A stretch of 63,950 bases of DNA, filler included, from Octopus bimaculoides (Eukaryota), in the NCBI RefSeq assembly GCF_001194135.2. It is 11 parts of 10 records of this genome, joined end to end, with 100 filler letters (N's around TTAATTAATTAA, not from the genome) between each part and the next. Parts side by side here need not be neighbours in the genome. Positions count along the whole stretch, not along the records: positions 1 to 4,336 come from NC_068985.1; positions 4,437 to 10,714 come from NC_068987.1; positions 10,815 to 23,459 come from NC_068996.1; 8 more parts are not named here. One strand, written 5' to 3'. A model generated the notes under the pieces. The model was not told the origin of the DNA and did not search any database. It saw only the letters and a program-made list of their open reading frames with translations. A program made the translations under genes and the position numbers. Shown here piece after piece: positions 1 through 11,800 of this stretch (position 1 is its first letter; every line of letters begins with the position of its first letter).

Positions 1-2
1 TA

Positions 3-177
3 TAGGCACAGGAGTGGCTGTGTGGTAAGTAGCTTGCTTACCAACCACATGGTTCCAGGTTCAGTCTCACTGCATGGCACCTTGGGCAAGTGTCTTCTAC
101 TATAGCTTGGGCCAACCAAAGCCTTGTGAATGGATGTGGTAGACGAAAACTGAAAGAAGCCCACTGTATATATACAT

Positions 178-215
<38 letters not shown>

Positions 216-430
216 GTACATATTTGTGTGTCTGTATTTGTCCCCACTATTATCGCTTGACACTGATGTTGGTGTGTTTACGTCCCTGTAACCAAGCGGT
301 TCAGCAAAAGAGACCGATAGTATAAGTACTAAGCTTACAAAGAATAAGTCCTGGGGTTGGTTTGTTCAACTAAAGGTGATGCACCAGCATGGCCACAATC
401 AAAGGACTGAAACAAGTAAAAGAATAAAAA
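3..430 (+). mobile_element. SINE family A (tRNA-derived head, internal TA/CA microsatellite), near full length, CpG-decayed
   Basis: Head GGCTGTGTGGTAAG...GGTTCAGTCTC (A/B-box-like), body and tail match copies at 13376, 26840 (minus), 30255, 38345 and 49930 (minus). Confidence 0.85.
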
Positions 431-479
431 ATATCTATACGTATATAATGTGTGTGCATACATACACAGACACACACAC

Positions 480-520
<41 letters not shown>

Positions 521-716
521 GATTGTGTTGTCTCAAACAAGTTTCTGGGTGTAGTGTAAAAGAGAGATAGCCTTGCTGCAATTTGATCTCTGAAATATTC
601 ACCTATTTCCTGGTCACCTTACTTCAGATTCTACTACTTTTGTTTTTTGCTATAGAATATGATTCTGATGAAATAGCAAACACTACAAATACACTATTGA
701 CTGTTTTAACCATTTG

Positions 717-747
<31 letters not shown>

Positions 748-888
748 TATGTGCAATTTTATTTCACTTTAAGAAATTGAATGGTGAGACCTTGAAAGAC
801 ACCTTTGTTCTATTTTATAAACCTCCTGATTGAAAGTTATCTTACAACCTTCTATCAGAATTCCATGCTAATTTATGTCTCAGGCATA

Positions 889-1094
889 AGGTGTGAGCTG
901 ACAGAATTGTTAGCACACCAAGCAAAATGCTTAGTGGCATTTTGACCATCTTTACAATCTGAGCTCAAATTCCGCCAAGTTCAACTTCGCCATTTGTCCT
1001 TTCGGTGTTGATAAAATAGTAACAATTGATGACTGGGGTTGATATAATCAACTAACCTCATCATGGCCTTGTGCCAAAATTTGAAATCAATATA
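889..1094 (+). mobile_element. SINE family B copy (CpG-decayed)
   Basis: GAGCTGACAGAATTGTTAGCAC...GAGCTCAAATTCCGCC...GGCCTTGTGCCAAAATTTGAAA aligns with the family B copies at 7627 and 49368. Confidence 0.85.
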
Positions 1095-1639
1095 TTTCAG
1101 TATCATTAACAGTAACAAATTTGTTTTGTTAAATTCTTCATCATTTTTCCAAAGAATTGAAACAATGTTAGTTTATTTCAATAGAAATATGGAAACAAAA
1201 GGGTTAAGAATTAAATCCAGCAGCTCTTAATGGTTGTACTTCTCACTGAATTCACATAATTAAGAAAATGGGAGATAAATCTGGCCTACCTAGTAGGTAA
1301 CAATGAAAATCTTGGAGCTATTTCTGATAGCTATTGCAAGTTAGGAGTGAAAAATAGGCAAACATATGAGATACCAGAAATGGATCTGAACTTGCTTCCA
1401 ATACTATGTCCACTTGGCCATTTTACTTGGAACTAGCTGTAGAGCTGAATAATTAAAGAAATAGTTTTTGTGTTGAAAATGATAATTTAATTGCCTTTAA
1501 AAAAATCTTTTTAGGAACCTCTAACTCGATTACAATTAAGAAGATCATTTCTTAATTTAAGTAGATATTTATAATTCCTTTCCTTGTTTAGGATTACTGT
1601 CCTAAATGTAAGGTCTACCAACAAATAAAACTAATCTGG

Positions 1640-1812
1640 TATGGTGGCTTTACCTGCAAAATGTAGCAGCCAAATCTTAGTCAGATGGTACTCTACCATC
1701 ATAAAAAGGATGGTCACTGTTGGTTAATGTTGTCCAAAATCCATTATCTCTGAATAAAAGACTAGATGATTATGACTTGAATGTTATTAATCATAAGCAG
1801 ACCTGGAGGTTA
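1640..1812 (+). mobile_element. Fragment of an old, diverged SINE-like repeat (related pieces at about 14230-14395, 15470-15650 minus, 39305-39480 minus)
   Basis: Shared degenerate motifs (GCAGCCAAATCT..., GATGGTCA, GATCATAGGTCTG...GACCTGG) are seen by eye across several loci. The alignment is loose. Confidence 0.4.
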
Positions 1813-1831
1813 CGCAAAAGCATATTTCATA

Positions 1832-2052
1832 TACAAGGGGATGCTGAAAAGTTCCACACTTTGGGTAAAAGAAAATACAGGAGGATCAGTTAATTACATT
1901 TTTATTCAACATATTCCCCTCTTGGATTCACACACTTATTGCAATGGCCCTTCAGTTTTACTAAGCCCTGTAAAAGGATTTGGAAGGTTGAGCCTCTAAC
2001 CAGGTCTTTCATGATACCCTTAAAGCCAGGAACTTTTCAGCACTCCCTCATA
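1832..2052. mobile_element. Mariner-derived MITE, about 220 bp
   Basis: TIRs TACAAGGGGATGCTGAAAAGTTCC (1832-1855) and GGAACTTTTCAGCACTCCCTCATA (2029-2052), both with terminal TA. The interior minus strand resembles a mariner C-terminal end. Confidence 0.8.
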
Positions 2053-2966
2053 AGGATTCATATGAATTAAACATTTACTTTAAAGGCCAAAAGTGATTGC
2101 TTGGTCCTTACAAATTAATTTTGTTTAAAGTTTGTTGTTATTTTAAGTCTCAATATTTAAGAATAAGAAAACAAATATAAAAACTGTTTTTCAAAATATA
2201 TAAACTATATTTATTGAATCAAAAATCAAAATGTATAAAAAGGTATTTAAAAAATATTGTTGATTACATATATCTTTTATATATACAGTGAGAGAAACAA
2301 ATGAATGAATAAAAATTCAAATATATTTAAAACAGATTTCCACGTCTGCTAATGTTAGGCAGACAGAGATAAGGAGATAGACAGAAAGACGGAGACAGAC
2401 ATACACAAGACAGCTAAAATATTTTGTAATGAAAATATAAAAATGTTCAGAAGGTAAATGAGATTACTGAGAAGATTTTCTCATAATTAAATTAAATCAA
2501 ATCAAATCAAATGGAATGTTTTACGGTGTTAAATTCAGTTTGTGGATCAACTTAATATTAAAGAGAGAATATATACTTTAAAAAAAACTGTGGATTTATA
2601 TGTAGATATTTTTTAAAATTCTAAAACCCTGCCTCCTAAAACTAATATTTTTGTTTGAACATAATTATACAATATTAATATAATTAATTGATTGAGATAG
2701 AGAAGATCTCTCACTTGCAAAGCTATTTTCATGCTCTGGTGTCAATGAAAAAAAAAAAAAACAACCTTAGACACTCCAAGGCTTAATGGTCTGGGAGGGA
2801 ATCAATGTCCTGGCCAATGAATCTGGCACAAGTAAATATGAAGTCCCTAATATTCAATGTTGTAATGATAAATCAAAAATTAAAAAAATATATTTTTAAG
2901 AGTAAGACAATAACTGTCAGAAATAATTATTTCATACAAAGGCACAATGTTTAAAGTGAAAGGTAT

Positions 2967-3155
2967 AATATTGGTTTTAAATTTTGGCACAAGGCCAGCA
3001 ATTTTGGAGAAAAGGTCAAGTTGATTAGGTCAGCCTCAGTACTCAACTAAGTATTTATTTTATCAACCCCAAAAGGACAAAGGGCAAAGTCAGCCTTGGT
3101 GGAGTTTGAACTCAGAACAAAAAGATGGACAAAATACTGCTAAGTCAACTCTGAC
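2967..3155 (-). mobile_element. SINE family B copy, 5'-truncated
   Basis: Reverse complement matches the family B body and the GTGCCAAAATTTAAAACCAATATT tail. Confidence 0.8.
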
Positions 3156-3439
3156 ATTGGGACTTAGAAATTATAACATACCAATTAAGCACTGGAGTTG
3201 ATTTGATACTTCTATAAATCATCCTTGATGTGAATGAAATTATAATAGATGGCAAGAAGACAGGATCAAACTTATGTCTAATTCATCCAGCACACTTTTA
3301 TCTTGGCACATCTTTTACCAATGCACATCAATCTAACTTTTTTCTGTGATACAATAAAGCAAAACTGTGGAAGTTTTCAATTTTTTTTTTTTTTAATATA
3401 TATATATACATTTCTCTCCCCAGATGTTTAAGTAATATT

Positions 3440-3631
3440 GGTTTCAAATTTTGGCACAATGCCAGCAATTTCAAGGGAGAAGTGAAGTCGATTACATCAA
3501 CTCCAGTACTCGACAGACACTTATTTTATCAACCCCAAAGGGATGAAAGGCAAGACCGACCTCAGTGAAATTTGAATTTAGAATGTAAGGATGGACAAAA
3601 TGCTTAGTGGCATTTTGTCTGGCATGCTCTG
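3440..3631 (-). mobile_element. SINE family B copy, 5'-truncated, with a 17-bp target-site duplication
   Basis: Identical flanks GATGTTTAAGTAATATT at 3423-3439 and 3632-3648. Confidence 0.85.
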
Positions 3632-3840
3632 GATGTTTAAGTAATATTTAAAATAATCTTTGTTCCTGCTTTCATTCTTTGATCATTGTATTGTTGCTGT
3701 CCTAGTGTATTAAAGTAAAAAAATTCTTACTAGGCCAATAATGCATTTTGTCGTTCAAGGTTTAAGAAAAAAAAATTCAAAAGAAGAGGAAAAAAAATAC
3801 CAATTATATGACAGGGGTCAATACAAATTCAATGGCACAG

Positions 3841-4075
3841 TTCTATATTTGAGAGATGAGGAATTATGTACATTATTTACCTTTGACGGATATTTGTCCT
3901 CATCTTGTTTGTTTGTTGTTAACGCAATGTTTCGGCTGATGTACTCTCCAGCCTTCATCAGGTTCGAAATTCCTCCGGGACACCTGATGAAGGCTGGAGA
4001 GTACATCAACCGAAACATTGTGTTAACAACAAATAAGATGAGGACAAATATCCGTCAAATGTAAATAATGTAAAT
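3841..4075. mobile_element. Fold-back (inverted pair) of the family E 3' module, each arm containing a degenerate hammerhead motif
   Basis: Arms 3871-3963 and 3982-4070 are reverse complements (4 substitutions plus one 4-bp indel) around an 18-nt spacer. Both match 44040-44170. Confidence 0.9.
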
Positions 4076-4436
4076 TTAATGACAGTTTAATTTTCATTGA
4101 GAGAACAGCATTTCAGTTCATGAATACTTATCACAAGGAAAGAAGTTTCAATTTGGAATGTAAAGTAAGGTTTTTAAAAGACGAGAGGGAATCTTTTTAG
4201 ATGGGCAGGATACTGAAATACAATGTTTTTCAAAAAAGTATGACACCATAGGCAAGTAATAGAGTTGTGTGTACATATGTATGAATATATATATACAATA
4301 ATTGCTTCATCTTGACAGATGATAGCCATACCATGTNNNNNNNNNNNNNNNNNNNNNNNNNNNNNNNNNNNNNNNNNNNNTTAATTAATTAANNNNNNNN
4401 NNNNNNNNNNNNNNNNNNNNNNNNNNNNNNNNNNNN

Positions 4437-4633
4437 GTTAGATCAATTTTTCGAGTCGAAATCGGATGATTTCTACCAACGAGTATTGAAAATCGTGTTG
4501 AACGTTGAGAAGAAGTTGTAAACAACAAGTGTGAATACATTATTGATTAATTAGTTGTTATTTTTTTTATTAAACCTTAAAAAAAAAAATTAAATAAAAA
4601 AAAGACAGCGGGAACTTAGTTGCCAACCTAATA
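4437..4633 (+). mobile_element. Mariner 3' end (transposase C-terminus plus right TIR)
   Basis: Reads DQFFESKSDDFYQR... then, with frameshifts, toward a ...VNNK.EYIID*-like end. The right TIR reverse complement is TATTAGGTTGGCAACTAAGTTCCC, resembling mellifera-type mariner ends, with terminal TA. Confidence 0.75.
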
Positions 4634-4651
4634 TATATATATGTAAATGAC

Positions 4652-4941
4652 TGGCACTCCGTCGGTTTCGACGACGAGGGTTCCAGTTGATCTGATCAAC
4701 GGAACAGCCTGCTCGTGAAATTAACTCCACAGACACGCGTTCCCGTAACATAGTTCTGAGGCGAATTCAGCGTGGTATAGGGTGTGACAAGGCTGTTACA
4801 GATACTACTCATTTTTGCCAGTTGAGTGGACTAGAGCAATGTGAAATAAAGTGTCTTGGTGAAGGAGAGAACGCGTCGCCAGGCATAGAACTCACGACCT
4901 CACGATCGTGAGCCGAATGCCCTAACCACTCAGCCACGCCC
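4652..4941 (-). mobile_element. SINE family D (tRNA head; 3' module shared with family C)
   Basis: The minus strand begins GGCGTGGCTGAGTGGTTAGG...GTGAGTTCTATGCC and ends ...CCCTCGTCGTCGAAACCGACGGAGTGCCA. It matches 40016 and 48090. Confidence 0.85.
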
Positions 4942-4946
4942 CTTCA

Positions 4947-4990
<44 letters not shown>

Positions 4991-5000
4991 NNNNNNNNNN

Positions 5001-5036
<36 letters not shown>

Positions 5037-5164
5037 TATGTATGGATTTATGTTTGTGTGTGTGTGTGTGTGTGCGCGACCTCGCGTGAGTGCATGCATG
5101 TGCGCGTGCATGTGTGTGTTGCGTGTATGTGCTGTATGTGTTGTGTGTGTGTGTGTAAATCCCG

Positions 5165-5590
5165 CTAATAAAACGTAAGGTTATGAAACAAGGAGGAGAC
5201 ATACGTATAATACAGGGAGTCAGGTAAGCAAACGCTAGATGGGAAATGCGTTGAAATAAAATACAAAACAAAAAGAACAACAATAAGAGTATACAACGAA
5301 GCTATACACACGAAGGGGAAGCTATACGCACCAAGCTATACACACCAAGAGAGTCTAACGTCTCGAGAGATACTCTTCGTCAAAGAGAACAAAAACGAAT
5401 AAGTAGGAGAAAAATAAAAATATATGATATCGAATTTAAGCTGTCTGTTTACATGGCAGGCCCAGCGTAAAACCCTTGCATCCTGAATCTATGAGTAATA
5501 ATTTAACTCTTAAATGCCAATAAATTTAAATAAAGTTTAAGCCGCGTCTTCTAATCGACGCAGAGACGCATTTCTTTGCTGTATTTGACA
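5165..5590 (-). mobile_element. Probable degenerate Penelope-like 3' end/pLTR with a mutated hammerhead-like motif at 5354-5386
   Basis: Minus strand TCT-TTGACGA-A-GAG-TATCT-CTC-GAGA-CGT-T-AGA. Upstream weak translation SLRRLEDAA*TLFKFIG; downstream triple AAGCTATAC repeat at 5298-5345. Confidence 0.45.
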
Positions 5591-5842
5591 AAGTCGATCT
5601 CGGCGGCGTTTGAACTCAGAACGTAAATGCCTTCCCACTCCCCAAATGCCACTAAGCATTTTGGCCGGTGTGTTAACGATTCTGCCAGCTCACCACCTGA
5701 ATAGTAATAATAATAATCCTTTCTACTATAGGCACAAAGCCTGATATTTTGGGGGAGAGTACTAGTCGATTACTTCGACTCCTGCACTTGACTAGTACTT
5801 ATTTCATCGAAATGCAAACTCCACCTCGGCGGAATTTGAACA
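5590..5842 (-). mobile_element. Two SINE family B fragments (5' half 5590-5698; 3' part 5712-5842)
   Basis: Direct similarity to the family B consensus on the minus strand. Confidence 0.8.
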
Positions 5843-6149
5843 ATGATAATAACAATAATAGTACAATAAGGAGCTTACTGCGTGCAGCGTCCAGGTGTAC
5901 TAGAACTTTTGCAGAGTGAATCGAAGCCGAGACCCACAGACGATATTAGAATATGTAAAAGTTTGAGTTACATAGTTATCAGAATTACTATCTGTATGAG
6001 CTTGAGTGATCGGGGAGACTGTATAAAAAAGATTAATGAATGTTTAGTCACAATCCCACTCGTTAGGACAGTCTGTGTTAGTTCCATTTGCACTTGTAGA
6101 ACTTAGTCCTGTAGTTTGGGCTTTAAAAGTTTTCATCACTTTGTGAGAA

Positions 6150-7125
6150 AATGTTTCCTGGTGAAATTCCTACGGAGATCTATAAACATGGTGGACGGAA
6201 AATACAGGAAAAACTTCTCGCTTTACTTATAACAATATGACAGCATGAACTAATTCCACAAGAATTAAAAAAACGTTTGCATTGTACACTTCTATAAAAG
6301 AAAAGGAAACATCCAACTGTGTGACAGCCATAGGGGCATATCACTCATGCCATTTGCAGGAAAAACCTTAGCATGGACCACGCTCAATCGGTTCATGCAA
6401 CATCTTGTGCCTGGACTTCTCCCTAAGATTTAGTGTGGTTTCCGAAAATCTCGCGGAACGATTGAAATGATGTTTGCTGCAAGACAGCTTCAAGAGAAAT
6501 ATCAGGAACAAAATCAAGTCAACTACAGTGTTTATCGACTTGACCTAGGCTTTTGATACTGTAAGCAGTCAAGGCCTTTGGAAAATAATGAAGAAATTTG
6601 TTTGACCAAACAAGTTCATCAACATGATGCATCAGTTTCATGATGGCGTGTAAGTTCATGTCTTGAATGATGGAAAATTCTCGCAAATTTTCAGTGTTAC
6701 CAATGGTGTGAAGTAGGGTTGTGCTCTAGCACTCACACTCTTCGGTTTGATGTTTAGTGCAGTGCTACACGATGCAGTCTCCCATGTGGCAGCTAGCATC
6801 CAGACCAGATACAGATATGACGGTGGTCTTTCCAGCTGTCAGAAAGCTGAGGCCCAAACCAGCTTTTGCGGACGATTGTGCTCCGGATGCAAACTCTGCT
6901 CTGAAGCAAATTTTCAACGGTGCTTAGACAGCTTTGCTTCAGCTTGCGGTAATTTCGGTTTCACAATCAGTATAAAAAATACTGGAGTCATGTAGCAACC
7001 CGCCCTCGGGAAACTTTTCGTTGAATCACTCCTGACAATAAAAACGAACATCTCCAAGCTGTAGAGAGATTCACCTACTATGGAAGTCGGCTGTATGAGT
7101 ACAGTGTCAAATTGGCCCGATAAAC
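6150..7125 (+). mobile_element. RTE/BovB-type LINE reverse transcriptase remnant (stops and frameshifts)
   Basis: Translated pieces IPTEIYKHGG, IVHFYKRKGNIQLCDSHRGISL, DL..AFDTVS..GLWKIMKKF, VTNGVK*GCALALTLF, FADDCA (6865-6882), FASACGNFGFTISIKNTGVM, RFTYYGS. Confidence 0.9.
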
Positions 7126-7626
7126 CACCTCAAGACCCACAAAGTGTGAAGCTGATACCAAAGTTATTAAAGATAAAATAATAATAAATTGATTAGACAT
7201 TAAACAAATCATCGCTAATATATATATATATATATATATATATCTATATATATGAGTATAATTTTCATGGAAGGAATCGATCAAGTACGATGGACGTAAA
7301 TAAAACAGCATATATTCATAAGGGCTACAGGGCCATTTTTTTTTAGCAGGACGTGGGACGTGTGTATTGGTGTATATACTTATTTATTGATATTATTACT
7401 GTAATTCATTGTTTTGTTTCCTTTATTCATTTAATTAACTTGTTGAACAAGCTATCAGAAGCAAAACTTGAAGTCCCAACCAAACCAATATGTAAAAAAC
7501 AAAACAACAACAAAGAAACAAAACAAAACAAAAAAGGATCTACTAAAAGTATTGGGTCCTTTCATCAGTAAAACATCAGATGTCCTTTATTACTTTACAT
7601 TTTAATATTTCTAACACTAATTAACA

Positions 7627-7843
7627 GGGCGGCGAGCTGGTAGAATCGTTAGCACACCGAACAAAAAGCTTAGCGGCATTTCGTCATTCGTTATGCTCCA
7701 AGTTCAATTTCCGCCGAGATCGACTTTGCCTTTCATTTTTTCGAGGTTGATAAAATATGTTCCAGTTGAGTACTGGAGTCGATTTAATCGACTTGGCCCC
7801 TTTTCCGAGCTGGTCTTGTGCCAAAATTTGAAACCAATATTTC
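7627..7843 (+). mobile_element. SINE family B, full length
   Basis: GGCGGCGAGCTGGTAGAATCGTTAGC (A box) ... CAAGTTCAATTTCC (B box) ... GTGCCAAAATTTGAAACCAATATT tail. Confidence 0.9.
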
Positions 7844-8468
7844 TAACATTAACAAGTATATATATGTATGTGTGTTTGTGCGTCTAAGTGACTCGCCCTC
7901 ATATAGAATCACGTCGGATTTTGTGGCAGAAGGACCCATATCTTTGCTCCTGCTTTAGGTACCTACATAGTCGAAAGCAAACAGACCTTTTGATCTGAGC
8001 ACCTTTGATCCAAGGATCTTCAAAGACGTTACAGCTGGATACTGTCTATCTGAATGTACGCGCGCGTATGAGAGAGAGAGAGAGAGGTGATGGTGGGGCT
8101 TCATCCCAGTAATTTGGTAATTCATTTTATCGGTCTCAAAAAAAAAAAACGAAAAGCAAAACTGGTCACGGTAAGATTCGAAATCACATCGTAAAGGACC
8201 AGAAGCATACTGTAAAAAGCACTGTGTCTGACGCTTTAAGAAACCCCCCTAATCTATTGCATTAGACCAAGTGTCGTATTTTATCAATTGCGAAACCTTA
8301 AGTAACTTTAAAGTTCATAAAATAAACTTTAACGTTTATTATTATCGGTGTTAAAGTTGACTTCGGTGGGATTTGAACTGCGAACGAAAGATTCAGAGCA
8401 AATGGATATACACAAACAAAAGCACATAAGTTACACAAACAATCAAACATACTCATACATGCGCTCTC

Positions 8469-8474
<6 letters not shown>

Positions 8475-8507
<33 letters not shown>

Positions 8508-8994
8508 NNNNNNNNNNNNNNNNNNNNNNNNNNNNNNNNNNNNNNNNNNNNNNNNNNNNNNNNNNNNNNNNNNNNNNNNNNNNNNNNNNNNNNNNNNNNN
8601 NNNNNNNNNNNNNNNNNNNNNNNNNNNNNNNNNNNNNNNNNNNNNNNNNNNNNNNNNNNNNNNNNNNNNNNNNNNNNNNNNNNNNNNNNNNNNNNNNNNN
8701 NNNNNNNNNNNNNNNNNNNNNNNNNNNNNNNNNNNNNNNNNNNNNNNNNNNNNNNNNNNNNNNNNNNNNNNNNNNNNNNNNNNNNNNNNNNNNNNNNNNN
8801 NNNNNNNNNNNNNNNNNNNNNNNNNNNNNNNNNNNNNNNNNNNNNNNNNNNNNNNNNNNNNNNNNNNNNNNNNNNNNNNNNNNNNNNNNNNNNNNNNNNN
8901 NNNNNNNNNNNNNNNNNNNNNNNNNNNNNNNNNNNNNNNNNNNNNNNNNNNNNNNNNNNNNNNNNNNNNNNNNNNNNNNNNNNNNNNNNNNNNN

Positions 8995-9057
<63 letters not shown>
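8475..9057. repeat. (CA)n and (GA)n microsatellites flanking an assembly gap
   Basis: Direct inspection. Confidence 0.95.
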
Positions 9058-9066
<9 letters not shown>

Positions 9067-9247
9067 GTGTAAAAGAGGCGGGATTTGTGAAATGTTAAAG
9101 AGGAATTTACTGATATGAACTTATTCGGAGCCACATACAAATGTATGTAAGTATGTATGTATGTATGACAATTTGAAGTCATACACGTGTGCAAACACTA
9201 ATTCAAATAACACGCACACAAGAAGGGATAGAGAAACATCCAGGCAA

Positions 9248-9441
9248 TCAGCTCGACAGCAACCTCAACAACCGCCATACATACATACATACATACATGC
9301 ATACATACATACATACATGCATGCATGCATGCATACATACATACATGCATGCATGCATGCATACATACATACATACATACATACATACATAATGTCGACA
9401 TACAAAACATGCATGTGTATGCATGTATATATGTGTATGTG

Positions 9442-9495
<54 letters not shown>

Positions 9496-9660
9496 TATAG
9501 ATATGTATATATATACACACACATATATATGTATGAGTGTGTGTGTGTATGTATATATATGCATCTGTATGTGTATGTGATGTATGTATATATATATACA
9601 CGCACGCGCACATAAACAGACATGCGCGTACTCACACACACACACACACACATACATATA
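9248..9660. repeat. Compound (TACA)n/(TGCA)n/(TA)n/(CA)n microsatellite
   Basis: Direct inspection. Confidence 0.95.
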
Positions 9661-9725
9661 TACTGCGTAAGTGAAAGAAAGTGAATACTAATGAGTAGAC
9701 AAAGAGACAACGAGCCAACCAGTCA

Positions 9726-9758
<33 letters not shown>

Positions 9759-10279
9759 ACAAACAGACAGAGGGACAGACAGGCATGCAGACACGCAGGC
9801 AAGCCGACAGAGCAGTAGACTGACAGAGAGGCAGTGACACTAAAAGTAACGAGGACAATAATGCCAAGTTCAGGAAACGATATATATTTAGTCCGGATGT
9901 CTCCTCTTTTACTGCTTGATTAATTCGTCTGGTTCACATGGTCTGGGCATCTTTGGTTTGAAGGTCATGAAGTAATAACAACGATAGCAACAACAATAAT
10001 ATCAAAACCTGCCACAGCAACAACAATAGCAACAACAACAACATATCAAAATTTGCCGCAACACCGCCAACAACAGCAATATCAACAATATTAGTAAAAC
10101 GTATAGCAACAATAAAACCAACGCTTGTAAAAGCAACAATAAAACTAAGAATAATATGAAAGACCTTCAACAGTAACTTTTACAAGGATATCAAGAATAT
10201 CAAAACTTTAACAAGAATATCAATAACAATATGAACAGCTACGTCAGCAGCAACGATAATACGAAAATCTGCAGTAATG

Positions 10280-10313
<34 letters not shown>

Positions 10314-11478
10314 TAAAGACACCCTTCGGTTATGACTGACCATGGGATTGCACCTGGAAAGTTACCTACCGAGGCACAGGTCCGGGCAAGGTTGTTTATG
10401 GAAGACCGGCATTCACCCACGTATACCAGTCTCGGATCTTGTTCAAAACAGAGGCACCAGTATTTTCTTAACGAAACACTTTGAAACTTGGGACACTGGT
10501 AGAATGTGTCATATAAAACATCTTTTTCTCTTAGTCTTCTTAACAAAAAAAACGTACATCGCAAGTTATTTCATGTTAAAATTGTCGTATTTCTGTAATT
10601 TCAACCAATGACTGACGTCCATTCAGCCGAATAGAGTAAGTGCTGACTACGTAAACAAACGATTCTCGCGGTGATAAAATTATTATTTCTTTGTCAAAAA
10701 ATGGCTGAAGCATANNNNNNNNNNNNNNNNNNNNNNNNNNNNNNNNNNNNNNNNNNNNTTAATTAATTAANNNNNNNNNNNNNNNNNNNNNNNNNNNNNN
10801 NNNNNNNNNNNNNNAAGACGAAGACATATATATATATATATATATATATATGATAAAACGAATGGTTTACACCTGGTAGCTTATTGGTAAAGCACAGTCA
10901 CTTTCATAGTATTCGTTATGTATATGGCAAATGAAAGACGGGAGATGGAGTATACGAGAATTTATTATTAACCACAATTTTATCGGCGCATCTAGCATCG
11001 ATCTCTCGTGGCTTAACATTTAACAACTGGTTCAGGAACATCTGGCGGTGCAGATGTATCTCATCGAGTGATAAATATATACAACTCGTTAAAATAACTG
11101 TTCTACAATGTAACTTCTCATTTTGTAGAAAGAAAAGCAGCCAGACGAAGGAAATATCTTCAGCAATAAAGTCACAAATGGCAAAACAGGAACGAACACG
11201 CACGCAGCGAGAAAAGTAATAAAAATAACCGTTCACAGATATGGATGACTAAACACCCTCGGGCAAACTGCATGGCACGAGTACACTCGCTCATACAAGC
11301 ATCCGCGAAAATGCGAGCATACGCAGACGTGAGGTTTGATTCACTCATGATCACAAAACGAGTTAGTTGTCTACTTGGTGTTTGTAAGAATGAGGCGGTT
11401 AAAAGTAAACTTAAGTCATCCATACCTTAAAGTTAATAAAATTATGTTAACGGTTACTCAAAATTCATTCTAACTTCA

Positions 11479-11800
11479 TTATGCGAAAGTACATTTATAT
11501 GCATGTAGACATCTCAAGAGTTGTTCAGAAATTCTATTAATGATTTTCTCGCTAGTCCACAGAGTAGACAGGGATTCTTCGGTGTAGAGACAGCATCTTC
11601 TGGAAATTATATTGTATAGTTTCGCGTATCTTACTATGGACCATGTTATACTGTACTTCATTTTATCCTCCTTCAGTCGCCATACAAAATCTGCCAAAGA
11701 TGTTAAATGTCTTTTATTGATTGTCATACAATTTCCAAGAGATTGTACTTTCGCACAATGCAGTGAGAATGAATTTTGAGTAACTTTCAATTGCCGTATA
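11479..11800 (-). mobile_element. Penelope-like element, GIY-YIG C-terminal remnant
   Basis: TSLADFVWRLKEDKMKYSITWSIVRYAKLYNIISRRCCLYTEE...INRISEQLLRCLH fits the PLE C-terminal pattern T.LS..IW.LK.....Y.I.W.I...A..Y....KRC.LC..EK...LN.R.E....CRH. It is truncated by the gap at 11801. Confidence 0.8.

Noticed and set aside
4337-4436. TTAATTAATTAA inside N runs (also 10759, 23504, 33135, 45132, 47337, 49635, 52774, 59145, 62820)
   Set aside because: Always 44 N + 12 nt + 44 N = 100 bp with stops in all six frames. This is a synthetic scaffolding linker, not biological.
8298-9194. Long ORFs spanning N runs (this and all similar X-filled ORFs)
   Set aside because: They are open only because Ns translate as X.
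10279-10440. Poly(A) run followed by a repeat-like GC-rich segment
   Set aside because: Probably a SINE 3' fragment, but with a single copy in the window it cannot be supported or classified.
11242-11424. 11-bp inverted repeat TATGGATGACT / AGTCATCCATA
   Set aside because: Too short to support a MITE and no TSD is evident.
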